A stretch of DNA of 62,383 bases, filler included, from Choristocarpus tenellus KU-1152 (GCA_964200185.2; 10 parts of 10 records of this genome joined end to end with filler, not necessarily neighbours in it); one strand, 5' to 3'. Shown: positions 25,779 to 40,235, counted from the first letter of the whole stretch. A program made the numbers and translations. The notes: generated by a model from the letters alone, not told the origin.

Positions 25779-27849
25779 TCTCATCCTACAGGCGACTGCG
25801 AACACTGTATGCACCAGATTCGAAGGAGGTGGAACGACGAAGGGTGGGACGGCTGAACCAACCTCACGAAAAAACTAACAGGACGGCTAACTGCAATTTG
25901 TTCCCGTGTAACAATTAATAAGAAACTCTAATCTGAAATCAAATCTGACGGAAAGTTAATTAATTGGTTAGGATGGAGGTTTGGTTTACATTTTCTGACA
26001 AATAGTAGCGAACAATATAATTAAGCGTGAATTTTATACCCGATTTAATTGTATATTTGCAATATTTTCTGTTCATAACAAACGAAGATACGACTTCACA
26101 CAAAAAGATTAGATAAGAAAATATATTTGGAGGATCAGAAACTTAGAAGAAAGTGAAAAAATGTTCCAATTAACCCTGGGTATTGTGTATACCAAAAAGT
26201 TATGACTACAACAAACTTTATCTAGTATTAATTAGTAGTCGTCGGACAACCCGACGTCAAGAACAGAAGATGCCACAAAGGTATCTATTTTGATGTGAAT
26301 CAACGCTTGAGAACCTTATTTTTATTATTATGCAGTATGACATTTTATAGACGTGTTAGCGGGGAAACCAATGAAGCTTAGATTTCCTTTGTTACACATC
26401 TACAAAGTGTCATAGTGCATAATAATAAAAATGAAGCTTATCGTCAAAGGTGAAAGTCATACAAACCTCATATATAAACTTACAAACAAAATATATTTTT
26501 ATACATTTTATCCACATACATTTTCCTAACTACAAATGATAGGATGAAGGATGAAAGAGAGATTCTGAAGAAACAGTAAGCGAGCAAATAATGTAAAATA
26601 CAACAGAGGAGTAACAAAGATAGTTAAGTAGAAGAGTTTGTAAGTGAAGTCATTCGAAGAAATATTCTACAGAAATATGTGTATATTTTTCTTTCCTCTT
26701 TTCCGTTCTCTATTCTCTGACATTTGGTGTGTCAGGGGGAAAACAAATGAAAACTATATATATGTCAGTACGCTCCAAATATCCTACCCTTCATATCTCT
26801 CGATATTTCCACCATATAAAATTATATAGATAGAATAAAATACCAACTTTGTAGTTGTAAGATGATGTTCATGCGAAAATATCAATATACGAGAAATATG
26901 AAGCCTAAACTATTATTTGTAGGTAGGTGGATTGTGCAAACTTTATATTTTGTTACTTATATATTTTACTTTGAGACATTCCCAACAATAAGCATATAGT
27001 ACATCGAACCATGAAAACAGGTGTAGGAACGTGCCGAGGGTTTGCGAAAGAAGGAGCAGTTCAAGGTTGAGAAGCAAGCCAAGACAAAAGCGACCTGGTG
27101 AGGAAATGATGGAGGATCGGCGATATGAAGAAAAGGGAGCTAAGATGAAGCCTGTATGACCATCCTTGACAATTTCCACCTGAGAAAGATACAAAATCTT
27201 GACATATGTGGGCCTTTGTGGGGATCTGTGTTTGACATTGCTTTCATGATGTGACCATCGTTATCCCAATCCTTACCATTGGCCAATTATCGAAGATTCA
27301 CAAGATCGTCACAGAGTGGAATGAAAACAGGAAGTGCAGTTGTGCGAGGATCCAGAGACGCGAGGAGGACGGTCAAGTCGGGTGAGGACAACCAGACGAA
27401 CCTCACACCCATATTGTGGCTCATTCGTTTTGCAAACCTTGAATACAAAACATTTTAAAGTGCTTTGGAACAATTCTAGTGATCAGTAACTCTTTGAGCA
27501 TATCTTGGGTCATCCAAACATCGATTTTCGTATTTTTCCAGCCTACTATCACTCCACACTCCACTAATGATATGCGCACATATACCTGGATATAGCATCT
27601 CTGCGAGGATATGTTTCCTCATGTAAAACCATAAACACATATATAGCACTGTTTATCTCCATTGACATAGCATATATATGGTTAGTTGCCGTCAAAAGTA
27701 TATTCCAAGACACAACAAAAGGATATGGCATACACGGGTTCATAAAGTCTAGTGTGGTACAGTACCTAAAGATTGATCAAGGAGTGTAAGTAAACCGCAC
27801 ACCCATTGATAAAAAGAAAAAAGATTACTCGACCACGTCAAAGCATCAC

Positions 27850-28411
27850 TCACCTCATCTGGTATATCCCTTGCGGGATGATACCGCAGAAAGTGGTGTT
27901 CTCGTCCTCTGTGACAAGAGCGGCAGTTCTGACTCCATCGAATGCAAGTATGCTCAACCCCATATCACCCAACCCCAACAGTTCCATGTTCTTCAACCCA
28001 GCAGGTACTTCACAAGAGCGAGAGAGAAACTGAAGACCACCCTGTTGCAGCTTATCAACATGAATCGCTGTGATTGCTCCTATCTTACTCTTGACAAACC
28101 CAAGCCATATCCTTCGAGTTGACGAGACTCCAATCCAGCCTGTTACTCCTGTGTGAAAGGGATTGCCGGAGAGAGTGATCTCGACTGCATTGTAGACGCA
28201 AACGCAGATACTCTTTGCAATGATAGCTATATCCCTTAGCGGGTATTCTCGCACCTTCTGGTGTCTGCAACAATGCTCCACGTGCTATTTTTGCTCCAGA
28301 TCCAGCAGGAAACGATAACGGCTGAAGAGGTTCACGAACAGCCACAACAACAAGGCCGGGCTGATCTTCAGGATCCTTCGCATTAATTACAATGGGATAC
28401 GCTGAAGACAT
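27850..28411 (-). pseudogene. Frameshifted intronless ORF of unknown function (~185 aa)
   Basis: ORFs 28085-28411 and 27850-28281 join by one frameshift near 28232 into a stop-free protein-like sequence (SAYPIVINAKDPEDQPGLVVVAVREP...IAIIAKSICVCVYNAVEITLSGNPFH...TTFCGIIPQGIYQMR). No family recognised. Confidence 0.35.
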
Positions 28412-31400
28412 AGCCTGTCACGACGCTACAGGGTTTGGGGAGAAAGAGGTATGGAGAGAGTACGGAGCGTCTATGATATGTTGGCGACTGTAGTGTACGA
28501 CCCTGCAGAGTTGCGGGTAGAAGATATGTAGAGAGGGTACAGACCATCAAAGATAGGATGTCAACTGTAGCGACAACTGAGAAAGTATACTCCAGCAACA
28601 AAATGACTCAATTGCTAGAATACGACGTGACAAATCAGAGTCTTAGAACAACTGCTAGTCGTTCAAAGTCCAGAGGTCGAGTAATAGTTGAGGGCTTGAA
28701 CTGGCTACACAAGTACGTTACACTTCAAGACCTGCAATCTTAGGAGATTCTCGACAAGTAACACGTTACCTCTCAAAGTGGCAGGGGAAGCAAGCAGGAG
28801 AAGGGGACAAGGGTAATTGATGCTGACCGGAAAACTACTTCATATTGGCTATCCCTTTTGATCTAATTACCAAGGACTTTGGGTGGTTGGGTTAAATTCT
28901 TCATACCACAACATGGATAGTAAGTAGGGCGTCTCTTGAGGTCGTACATGAATTGCGTAGACATATATAAGAAACAGAACCAAATATATGTTTGTAGTTA
29001 AGTAAACTACAATGATACTTTTATGCTCATTAGAGTACCTCTTGTGTTCAAGTCTTTGGTCTTCTACCTTCTAGTAAACTTGGAAGTTCTAGCAAGTGCA
29101 AAACAACATACGATTTAGGTTCATCGTTGTTTTATTTTCAACCCCGTTTCTCTTGTTGGCAAATATCCGGAACTTATTAGTAATTTTTTTTAACAAGATT
29201 ACACAATATAGGGATTTCAGAATAGGTGGAGTGGACTCATGGTAGAGTCAGCGATTGTTCCTAATTTGGACTCTCCAAGTGGATGCTCTTGGCGTGTACA
29301 GGAGCAACCTGGGACATTCAATCTCGATTAATTAACTATGAGTTAGGTCCATTCATGTGTCCCCACGATTTTATACCTATTTAGTTGAAATGTCGGATAA
29401 AATTGAGAAGTTGGTCAATTTCGGAATTTCGGATAGGTCGACCCTGCAACCATTTGGGGCGTAGGGAAAGAACAGGCATAAAACGACTTCTGAATGGAGT
29501 ACTGTCGATGTTGCCCGGATTCCTCGTTAGGGTATGCAAGAGGCAGGGCGAAGAGTTGAGTGGTCGTAGAGAAGAAATGAACCCGTGACTTGAGTTTAGG
29601 TTGGACATTTCATATCATAGCTCAAAGCTGTAGATAACGGACACTCACTGCGCCTAGTCACGTGACCGTCTTCATCGGTGGAATAGCGAAATCAGACCAA
29701 AGTATCTCTCATTGAAGGGACATGAGTCATAACTACATGCAATTATCCAATCGCTGCATCCTCCACGCTTCCACTACCAACGCAAGAGGAAGCCCGTACA
29801 TTGGGACCCATTCCAAGAGCATAGGAACAGAGAGGATTGGGCTCTTGTTGTCGGTAAGTGTGTGAAAACGTGAAACACATTATGACAAGGGGAGGGTGAC
29901 ATAGTGGATAGTGACGAAGTATCTTGGATTATGGTTGGATGCATCCTGACGGGTAGAGATAATGTTGGCGGAGAGATTTATCACCTGTAAGTTCCGTACC
30001 TGTCATACTAAATCGTCTGGTATGCTCAGGAAATGAACATCCGCACTGTCCACTACATTACCCCAAATATCAACATAAGATGCATGGAGTTTGCTTCGTA
30101 ATTGTTTTCCTATGGACTAAAGAAACTGTATTGGAGAAACACTGCGCTGAGTTAAGTGTAAGTAGGTTGGTGACGCCAGAAAAGTTCCAACAAAAGACAT
30201 AATTTGTCCTAAATACTTTTGGTATGACAAGGTGAGGCGAGTAGATTCCTGCGACAAATTGGCTGTTACTGCAAGTGGCGATTTCAAAGTGTGTCATGCG
30301 CTTCAAGGTGGAAATGCTGAGCAGGTTGGCAGTGGCGGTGCTTGACGGCCTCATGGAACTCTCCTTGTTTCTAGACTACCATCATAGTACCAGTCTAGGA
30401 GTAGTTTGATGAAGCTAACGGCTTTATTTGTAGGCAATACAGACTCTGTTCTTGTTTTTGTTTCTTGTATTCTCGGCCTTATATGTTGTTTCTTTTTCAC
30501 CTCATGATATCGAACCTACATCTTTGTGGATGGACTCTTCATCTCTAGTCTTGGCTTTTCATTTAATCAATCTGCAAAATGTCAGAGGGTCTGCACAGTG
30601 CAATAGTTCAATATATATATATAGGTGTTGACAAGTCCCTCTACAACATCAAACATAATTCCAGTTCTCATCTCCCCCTCCTACTCCTCCACGAGGCAGG
30701 TGATACTTCAACCCCCCACAAGCAATGGATATGAAGAAGTTGGTCAAGTACTTCCTGAGGGTCGAGATGAGACCCAACCCAACAGTTGACAGAAAATATC
30801 ACGAGAGGGCAGTCTCTATGAGGTAGGCTAACAAAGTCAATCAACAGTGGGCATGGTCCTGTTGACAACCAGGGGGCCACCAACTAGACAGTGACCAGTC
30901 GATGTCCAACTTGTGACATGCATCATGTTTGAAGAATTATGATAATACGGCGAAAGTAAACAGAGAACCGCGATGACTTAAATAGTTGCTTCACGATTTT
31001 ACAACCTCAGGATTACAGCTCCCCACTCTGGAGGTACTTTCACACGTCTTGTCTGTGGGCACAGAAAATAAGAATACTTGTCACACGTCTGAACTGATCC
31101 TCCACGATCATTCCCCTTCTATGACCCAGTCCCTGCTGGACTAACAATCAATGCATGGCTAGACCACACTCGCTCCTTGGGAGACAGTGTAGAGCTACAA
31201 CACGCTTGTGTCCCTCCCTATGCAATACAGCATTAATGACCATGCACTCATTAATTCTCGAGCACATATGAGCAGTCTGCTCGTACCATCTTCAACTTGT
31301 GACAAGTGCACTCCGTGTTGTATGTGTACATGACCAGACTTCCCTGGACAGAACTTATTAGCATACAACTCTTAATATTGGAAGGGTGTCTAACATTTCC

Positions 31401-32011
31401 TCTTGTCCCCTGAGATGTATGGCCTGATGAACCCCCTCAAACAACCCCATCACAAGGCAAAGTTTGAGTGCAGGAAACTATCCTGAATCCACTGCCGTGA
31501 AGGAGGCATCACTAGAGGCTGTGGTGAGCTCTTCTCTTGGACCCAGCGATCTGTAGTTCGAAGGTGTTACTATATAAGTCATATCACTCAACTGAAGTCG
31601 CACGTACGTTTGTCCTGACAATAAATGTGAGTTTGGACCTGCTTCCACAGCAACGTGAAAAGGTCAAGATCCGATCCTTGATTTTTTGAGGCAACTTCTT
31701 TATCAGTGACGAATGCTGCCCTACACTCTCATTTGTATAAGATCCACATACAGTGATGAACTGATGCTTAGATCGGTTTGTCTGGGTCCAGAGTCTGGAG
31801 CGTCTCCAAACCAGAGAAAGGTTACTACTACTGCTGTTTGAATGTAATTGCATGTGATGGATTTTGTGATGAAAGGACTTGTTACCTAGGGTGTATGTGT
31901 ATGCAGTGTGTTGTATCCTGTTGATTTTTTACTATGATTGGAGTAGTTGTGTGATGTTGTAATGTAATCAGGACGTACTACTCTCATAGAACAGTGGACT
32001 GATGGTTTATT

Positions 32012-32274
32012 GAGTCAAGTACCTTAGAGGGTAGGGACACGTCCATTAGGGGGCCAAAATCCAATGTTGCAATTTTGATGTATTTTTGGCTATCGCGTGT
32101 GTTAGAAAGTGTCAATATCCTTCTTCCGGGCACACTTTTTTGCAACGTATACATTTTACCTACTCCGAAACATTTTACAACAGGAAAATGTAAAAAAAAC
32201 AAACATGGGGAAGCCAAGTCCCCAATAAAGAATAAACAGGGCAAAATTTGTAGCTGTCTAAGATACTTTCACTC
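32012..32274. mobile_element. MITE family A (reverse orientation)
   Basis: TIRs GAGTCAAGTACCTTAGAGGGTA / TCTAAGATACTTTCACTC; flanks ATT/TTT. Confidence 0.85.
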
Positions 32275-33853
32275 TTTTGGCTGTGGTGACGCCATCTGTA
32301 ACAGGTGCCCCTCAACGCTCACCCTTCCAGGATGTACAACTCAAATCCAACGACCTTTAAACGACGCTATGGGGGTGTTGCCTTTTACAACGGGTTGTAG
32401 GGTGTCAGATAGCCTTTCTCTTGATACTCCACTCAATGCTTAGCTCAAAGCTTGACTCACTGTTTCGTTTAAAGATAAAAGACTGAGGCATAAGGGAGGT
32501 AGAAGTGTTACCACTTGAAGCTCTCTTATTATTTTCATCATCCACCCAATTTCGTTGGCCTTCTATCGACTACNNNNNNNNNNNNNNNNNNNNNNNNNNN
32601 NNNNNNNNNNNNNNNNNTTAATTAATTAANNNNNNNNNNNNNNNNNNNNNNNNNNNNNNNNNNNNNNNNNNNNCCCGCCGATGACAAAGAAAAACACGCC
32701 CCCCCCCCGCCCCCCCCCACCTCCCAACAAAACTCATCAGTCATTCACAACAAACCTTTACCATCTCAAAAAACCCAGACTAGCGACTGCCTTCCTCACC
32801 AACAGAATTCCAGTCAATAACACCATGGACTCTCTGCCTTCAGTACATCAACAAACAAACAAGAAATGGATCCTACTCTCTCCCATGCTCCACCCTTGAG
32901 ACAGAAGATCATCCCATGGTCCCTTGTTTCATAAACAAACAAAAAAAATGTACACAATACCTCATCTTACTATCATACCATTACTAAAATTCTAGTGTTT
33001 CACATCACACTAATGTTGATAGCAACATTTACACAATACCTCAACATACTTTGACCCTAAAACTCCATCAACACAAACAACTTTATAAGCCCTCTATATT
33101 TCACTCCACAACATCTCATACCATGACTATAATATCTCAACATCAATCAACTCCACGACTCCATCAATACTCTACTAACTCAACCCAAGAAAGACCTAAT
33201 ACCCTAACCCTAACCCTTAAGTTATCAACAACACAGAAGCTATATGCCTACAAACAAATTAGGAAATTCAACCAGAAGTCAGAACAGACAACACTACATC
33301 AATGGACTCAAAAAGGTACACCTCCAGTGATGATACCAACAGGCTCTCCTCCGTATCCACTGGAACCATGGGTCCGTCCAACCCCATCTCAGCTTCTGTC
33401 CTCACCAACTTCCCCCTTCAAACAATCAACATAGGGCATACATCAATCCATACCAGTCACATAGAGGGGGGGGGGGAGGTCATGACCAAACAATAAAGTA
33501 AGCAGTTACACCTATGTATATTCTTGGCATTCAACACTCATCCTAACTAATCTTAACCCTAACCCTATATATATACATTAAAAAATGCACTTTACACTAG
33601 GAATTCTAGATAAAACAAAAAAAGCATCCACAACACTACCAAATCCTCCTCGTATAGGTATGTATATAAATAAAAATGAATATTGCTAAAAAAAGGGGGA
33701 GGGGGATTTAGTCGACCAAACTGCCAAATAGTTCCATGCAAAAGAGAACATTTAATAGAAGCTATTTCACATCTAGTAGAACACAGGCAGAACTAGCAAC
33801 CTGCTTCAAGGAAATAGGCGGTACAGCTTAAACCTTTCTCAAAACACATCTCA

Positions 33854-36360
33854 TTAGTTGTTTCTGACACAATCATGCTCCATCATTACCTCAACTATCA
33901 CATGCACTGCTGCAAAGTTTATCAGGAGCAGAACCTGCAGTGCCCCAGAGCTCTCTCGCAACTGTACACACAAAAGGTGTACGCACACACACACACACAG
34001 AGCTCTCTCACAACTGTACACACAAAAGGTGTACACACACACACACACACACACGCACGCACGCACGCACGCACGCACGCCTTCGCAAGTGGTTTCAAAA
34101 CAAAAAAAATATGTCATTTTTTCACTCCTACTACCCTCCAAATCTTCATCAGTCCTGCATCCACTCCAATCAATAGGGTACTACACCACGGACAAACATC
34201 ATCACGCCTGATTACAAACACAACAGACACCGCCTGCCAAGATTGGTACTGGAGTACTCCAGTGATGCAAGCATAGCAGTACCAACACCTGTTAGATAGA
34301 TGACTAATAGAGAGGTGGGGTAGCCCACAACAAACTAGAGGACAGATCACTATCTCACGGTCTGGAGATGTCACTACTTCCACACCAACAACATACAAGA
34401 CAAACTGACATAACCCTCATGGGCCAGAGTCAAATTCACACTATTCCAGTAGTACCAATTCAATGCTAAGCACCCCTTAATCCTTGAGCATCCCACCTAT
34501 CTCTGACACCCGTCCCCAGCTCATCCAGATCTTCGTAGAGCCGTTCCACTGTCTCCATCAGCGACATCGCCTCCTCCGCGTAGTCATTGGCCGGCTTAGC
34601 GTCCTGTCCATTCCCATCACGCCATCAAAAAGAAAAAAGAAAAAAAAATGTGAGGCAACCTACCTATGCCCCCCAAGACATTTAATTTGTATCGCCTCGA
34701 GTTCAAGCCCCCTGTCTAAAAAAAGGAAAGAAAGTAAAGTCATCACTTTTCCACAACGCCTTCCGGTGTCGAAAACCCAACTCGTGACGCCACCCTCGAC
34801 ACCAGACGTCATCATTGCATTGATGACAACATCCACAACGTACCATCCACTACCAGACTAAGTCCAGTACTCTCCTTTCCTAGACAGAACCCACATTCCA
34901 AGAGACACACCAGCTACACCAACAAGCAATTGGACAAACAATTGGACAAACAATTGGACAAACAATTGGACAAACAATTGGACAAACAAATAAACACACA
35001 GACACAGACACAGACACACAGACACACACACACAGACATGACACACAGGACACACACACACACACAAACACACGCTCAAATTGATAGCCTGCAATGCGAA
35101 AGATAACCCCTGGTCAACAGAAGTGACAGTTACAAACCGGCTCTCTCAACTGAGATGTGAGTGAAGTAAACACACACCTTAACCGCATCGCAGTACTCCT
35201 CATGTGCAGCATCACCAGCAGCTTCAATGCGTTCCTTCAGCTGTTCAAACAACGATGATTTGATCGTGCCAGACCTGGACAGCATTGCCCACACCACACC
35301 GATCAGAGAACGACTCAATAAGACAGACAACAGAATCAACACCATGCCATGCCATGCCATGTCTGAAGGCTTAACTCTTGTTGGTTGCTGTATTCTGGAG
35401 CACAGCAGACTGTACATGCCTCCAAAGTACTATAAAAAAGAGTACTCCAAAATGTTGCACTCAATGGAAAGAAAAGCTTGTAGATTCAAACTGCTACCAA
35501 TATCCGAAACCCTGCTATCCATCATGTGATGGGATACCCACAGGGCAAGGGAGGCGAACCATGGGTCACACCATTATTAATAGTTTTGTGCTCCTCCTTC
35601 ATCACCAGGTTCTTCCTTCCCACATTTCTAAGACCATCTTCGCCCTGAACAGACAACATCCCCCAGCAAAGACGTCATTAATTCCTCACCAATTCCAACA
35701 ACAATTTCTTAGTCTCCCACCTGACTCTCCTACTTAACTATCCTTAACTGTTTGCATGGCTACTCTGGTATATATCTCAAGGTTGTTCTGATATGAGTCA
35801 AAGTAAACCAGAGGTATCCAGAGACGCCTTCGAAGGATGATGACAAACACGTTCAAAATTCACATTATTTTTTCCTTAAACAAATGTGTTAGAAAATATT
35901 CTGAATCATGTTTTAAAAATTTCAAACAATAGAAAAACTATCGCCCTCAAGTAAAAAAATAAATAAAAAGGACTTTATCCATAGAAAAAAAAATGCATGA
36001 ATTGCAAAAGATTGAAAAAATGCGTACCAAATGCAAAACACCCCAAAACCCGGGTAACTCTGGTTTACACTGACCACCAATCACTTCCAATGATACGTCG
36101 GTACATACCACCTCAAAGATTTCCTTCCAGAGCCCCCTAACCCTTCAAAAAAAAAAAATATTCAATTTTAAAACGCTTCTAATCTTCAAAAAATTTCTTC
36201 AAAACCGCACCATACAAATAAGAAATCAAGAGGAGAAAGATTAAAAAAAAAAAGGTAGTCTGTACTATACAATATGTGTGTGTGTGTGTGTGGTTTTTTA
36301 AAGTACACCACTTTACAGGTAGGACGGTTGAGATAGCATCATCAGTACCAACTGCACCTT
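33854..36360 (-). CDS. Probable 3' portion of an unknown spliced host gene (small exons in microsatellite-rich introns)
   Basis: GC-richer minus-strand islands with splice-like edges: ~36300-36360 ([14 protein letters not shown]), ~35175-35300 ([34 protein letters not shown] donor), ~34745-34860, ~34500-34625 ([23 protein letters not shown]) and ~33854-33935. The exact structure is unresolved. Confidence 0.35.
33947..34080. repeat. Duplicated ~52-bp unit with (CA)n/(CACG)n microsatellite
   Basis: AGAGCTCTCTC.CAACTGTACACACAAAAGGTGTAC.CACACAC occurs twice, followed by (CACG)n. Confidence 0.85.
34927..34986. repeat. Perfect 12-bp minisatellite (CAATTGGACAAA)x5
   Basis: Read directly. Confidence 0.95.
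35795..36076. mobile_element. MITE family C (~270 bp)
   Basis: TIRs GAGTCAAAGTAAACCAGAGGTATCC / GGTAACTCTGGTTTACACTGACC; body similar to 42553-42811. Confidence 0.75.
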
Positions 36361-36765
36361 GCCACAAGAGATCACAAGTCAGACATCTTGCTACACTGAA
36401 CAAAACACACACACACACACGCACACACACACACACACAACCTCATTCTGCAAGCACTCTCTCTTTCTGGACCACTATCAAACTAGGAACCCCTCCCCAG
36501 AAAATAAATTGCCCAGGGATTCGAAAACTCAAAAAATGAATCTCTCATTCAAAGCACATCAAGCAATCCAAATCAAATCAAGTGTGTGCAATGGTACCAT
36601 TCATCACGAGAAGACCCTACCTGACACAGTTAAAAAAGAAAAAGAAAAGTATGTACCTTATTTTCTCAACCGCCTTGGATAGGAAACCCAGAGCTTTCCT
36701 GGCCCGTTGCACGTCTGCATGCACCTGTTCCAACCCCCACAAAAATAAGAACAAATTATAATGAC

Positions 36766-36796
<31 letters not shown>

Positions 36797-37540
36797 GCAA
36801 CAACATCAACCTCAACATCAACATCAACAAACACACATGAGGTTGCCCAAGGTTAAGCCAAAAAGTAGTACAGATTTTATATCCCTCCCCNNNNNNNNNN
36901 NNNNNNNNNNNNNNNNNNNNNNNNNNNNNNNNNNTTAATTAATTAANNNNNNNNNNNNNNNNNNNNNNNNNNNNNNNNNNNNNNNNNNNNCCGACACCCC
37001 TCTCCAGATACATTGACCCTAAGATACTTTGGGTCCCATTGAAGGCCTACCTGCAATAATAACTAGATCAGAATTCTGAAAACCCAACAACTTACTATCC
37101 AAGTCCACAAGCCCAGATGCAATGCCAGAAACATGGTGAGAGTTTTTCATAGTTGTTAATAATATCTAATGACTCAGCAGTAGATCTAATTTGTTCCCGT
37201 GTAACCAATTAGTACAATAATAGCGTCATTAGAAATACCCCATGGACGGGTTAGATTTGACTTCTTAAACTCAGTAGGATCACAAAGTCGGCCACTATTA
37301 GAATAACTCAAATCTCTTCTACTGACAGATGGGTTAGATATAGGTTCTGCTGAAAAAATATTCTAGTCAAAATGCGTCAGTTCAACCAGCAAAAGGGTGA
37401 AGCCATAGCATCCTGGAGAGGGGTTGATTTAGGCCCTTTTGAGTGTAAGGGGCTTATAAGATCTTCTGTTTGGTATCCTCATTCCCAAGGCTGAGATGCA
37501 GCTAACCCCCACCTGGAGTCTGTAGCTGTAGAAGAGGAGA

Positions 37541-37699
37541 GGCTCAAAGTATCTGGGGGGGGGTGGCAGCTGTCCATTTGGGGCCATTTTTTTCATGTCG
37601 CCACTTTTGTGTGATTTGGTTGGATACGTCGGATGGATATTGCAAGTGCCCTTTTCCTGGTTATGAACCAAATGGACCCCCCCCCGGATACTTTGGGTC
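37541..37699. mobile_element. MITE family B
   Basis: TIRs GGCTCAAAGTATCTGGGG / CCCCGGATACTTTGGGTC; 3-bp TSD AGA. Confidence 0.9.
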
Positions 37700-39589
37700 A
37701 GACAAACGTTTGTCCACGAGTGCACGAAATCACCCACCACATTGCTACGAGTATATATGTATCACAGAAAGGCAAAGGAGCTTTATACTCAAAGTCACCC
37801 CTCTCTAGGATAGCATGGCTCAGTGCTCCAGTACTTGTAGTGATCCGCTGACTCAACTATTGGTTGAAGTGAAGCTATATCCTACGGTAGTAGTAGTACT
37901 CTAGCCTGCTGCACATAATGATTTTATTACTTCCCTCATATTCATTGTGAGAGCACACCTTCAAGTCTTCCAGAAGAGCCAAACCAATTGAGAGGCACAT
38001 TACCCATGTGTTTCGCGCACGGTTTGATTATAATAATGAAGACTCGAAACAGTCCCACGTTTCTACGCAATCTTTTCGAAAGTTTTGGGTTAAACCTGTC
38101 AACTCTTGTAGCGCTAATTAACTGTGTCTACACTAGCAGTAGTGGTAGTGATTTTCCCTTCTCCGAAGATAATAATTTTCAGAAAAACCACGGCACTGTA
38201 TGTAGGCCTTACCGTAAAATATATTACACGGTGCACCAGTAACGGAAATACGGGAAACAGGGTATTTCCAGATATGTCAGGGGAAAAACCAATGAAAAAC
38301 CATTCAAATATCAGAACAACCCCAAAAAAGAAATAGTTGTCGTAAATGTGAAAGACTTGAAAAAATATATATTTTACTACCAGCTATTCAACACCACTAC
38401 CCTCCTGTGCATCCTGGGCGAGGAGGTAGAGAAGCATCCCAAGAATCTAACAAGCCCGTCCTTGACCATCTCTCTGTTGTCTCCATCTTAAAATGCATGA
38501 CACGCCTAGATAGAGCTGCTTGTGACAGAGACTGTCGTAGATGGGATTTGAGAGTCCCTTCTGTACTGTAGCCTCCTGCTCCTTTCCCCCCCACTACATG
38601 CATAGCCAACTTATCTCCTTGTGTGCAAACACAGCCTGGTTTTGTTGCCAGTAGACAAATCAACTCTCTTCATCTTAGCATGGATCTGAAGGTGTATCAT
38701 TGGCGGTATCAATTGCAGTAATTATGTTAACTTCATCAAACTGACTAAAAAGCTAATACTTTCTATCACAATTCAGCTCAAGTATGACTACAGAATGTCG
38801 ACCAAAGAACCATGTACTTGTTGCACCTTGTCACTACCCACAACTCACAACACATTTCAGTTTTTATAGATTCAGATCTGCCTGCCAAGACCTGTGGAGG
38901 CTTTGCTTTACAGAATCTCACACCATTCAGCAACAGTTCAACCAGGTTCAAGATTTACTCTAGTCGATTCAATCATAGTCGCATATTCTTTTGGTTCACC
39001 ACACCACATATCATAGAAAGAATGTCGTTATCAACATATTGTTGTGTTTCACATTTCGAAATTCCTCGTAAATACTGATAACGCACTCAACACATAGTGT
39101 GATCTCCACCAATGCGATTTAAAAAACATTTATCACCAAAGTGTGAGGCGGCTCCTGGAGACTGGGGTGTCCCACTTTTTTTGCGACCCCTTTCAAATAA
39201 CTTCACAATTATTGTATGAAAGGAGCATGAAATACAAACAATAGGATGTATTATAGGACTGTTACGCAGTGTAAGTACTAATTGAGGTTTAATGAGAGCT
39301 GTTTAGGATAATCAGAAACACGCAAAAGTCACATGTAAGTGATACTGTTCAAGGAGTATGTTCATGTTCATGTGATGTGCTACCCACACCCCAACACATT
39401 GAACCATCTGTACATGGGGATTCTAGAGGTATAGTTGTGATCCACTCACAAAGATCACCCCATGATAGGGGCATTGATACACTTGTAAGCAAAAAAAGGC
39501 GTGTTAAATTAAAAATCTGTACAAATAGATGCAGGGCACACTATCTGGGTCATCCCTTTAGGCCATCAAGATGTTCTTACTACCAGGGT

Positions 39590-39605
39590 GGTGCTTAAAA
39601 GCACC
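39590..39605 (-). promoter_or_regulatory. Histone mRNA 3' stem-loop (H3)
   Basis: Minus strand GGTGCT-TTTA-AGCACC followed by ACCC, 70 nt after the H3 stop; 6-bp stem and 4-nt loop. Confidence 0.85.
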
Positions 39606-39675
39606 AGAGGTGATACAAAGTCCGAGGGAACGAAGGTGTTGCAGGGTCAGATGAGAAGTAGGTAAGTGAACCTGC

Positions 39676-40191
<516 letters not shown>

Positions 40192-40235
40192 CTAAGTGTC
40201 GGTTCAGGAATCAATTAAGAAGCATACGAAGATTG

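Noticed and set aside
28150-28172. LRQSLS peptide shared by minus-strand ORFs at ~28150 and ~38520
   Set aside because: Only 6-7 residues match, similarity does not extend, and at 28150 it is not in the frame that best reconstructs the ORF; probably chance.
34927-34986. CRISPR-like array
   Set aside because: The 12-bp units have no spacers, the context is eukaryotic, and there are no cas genes.
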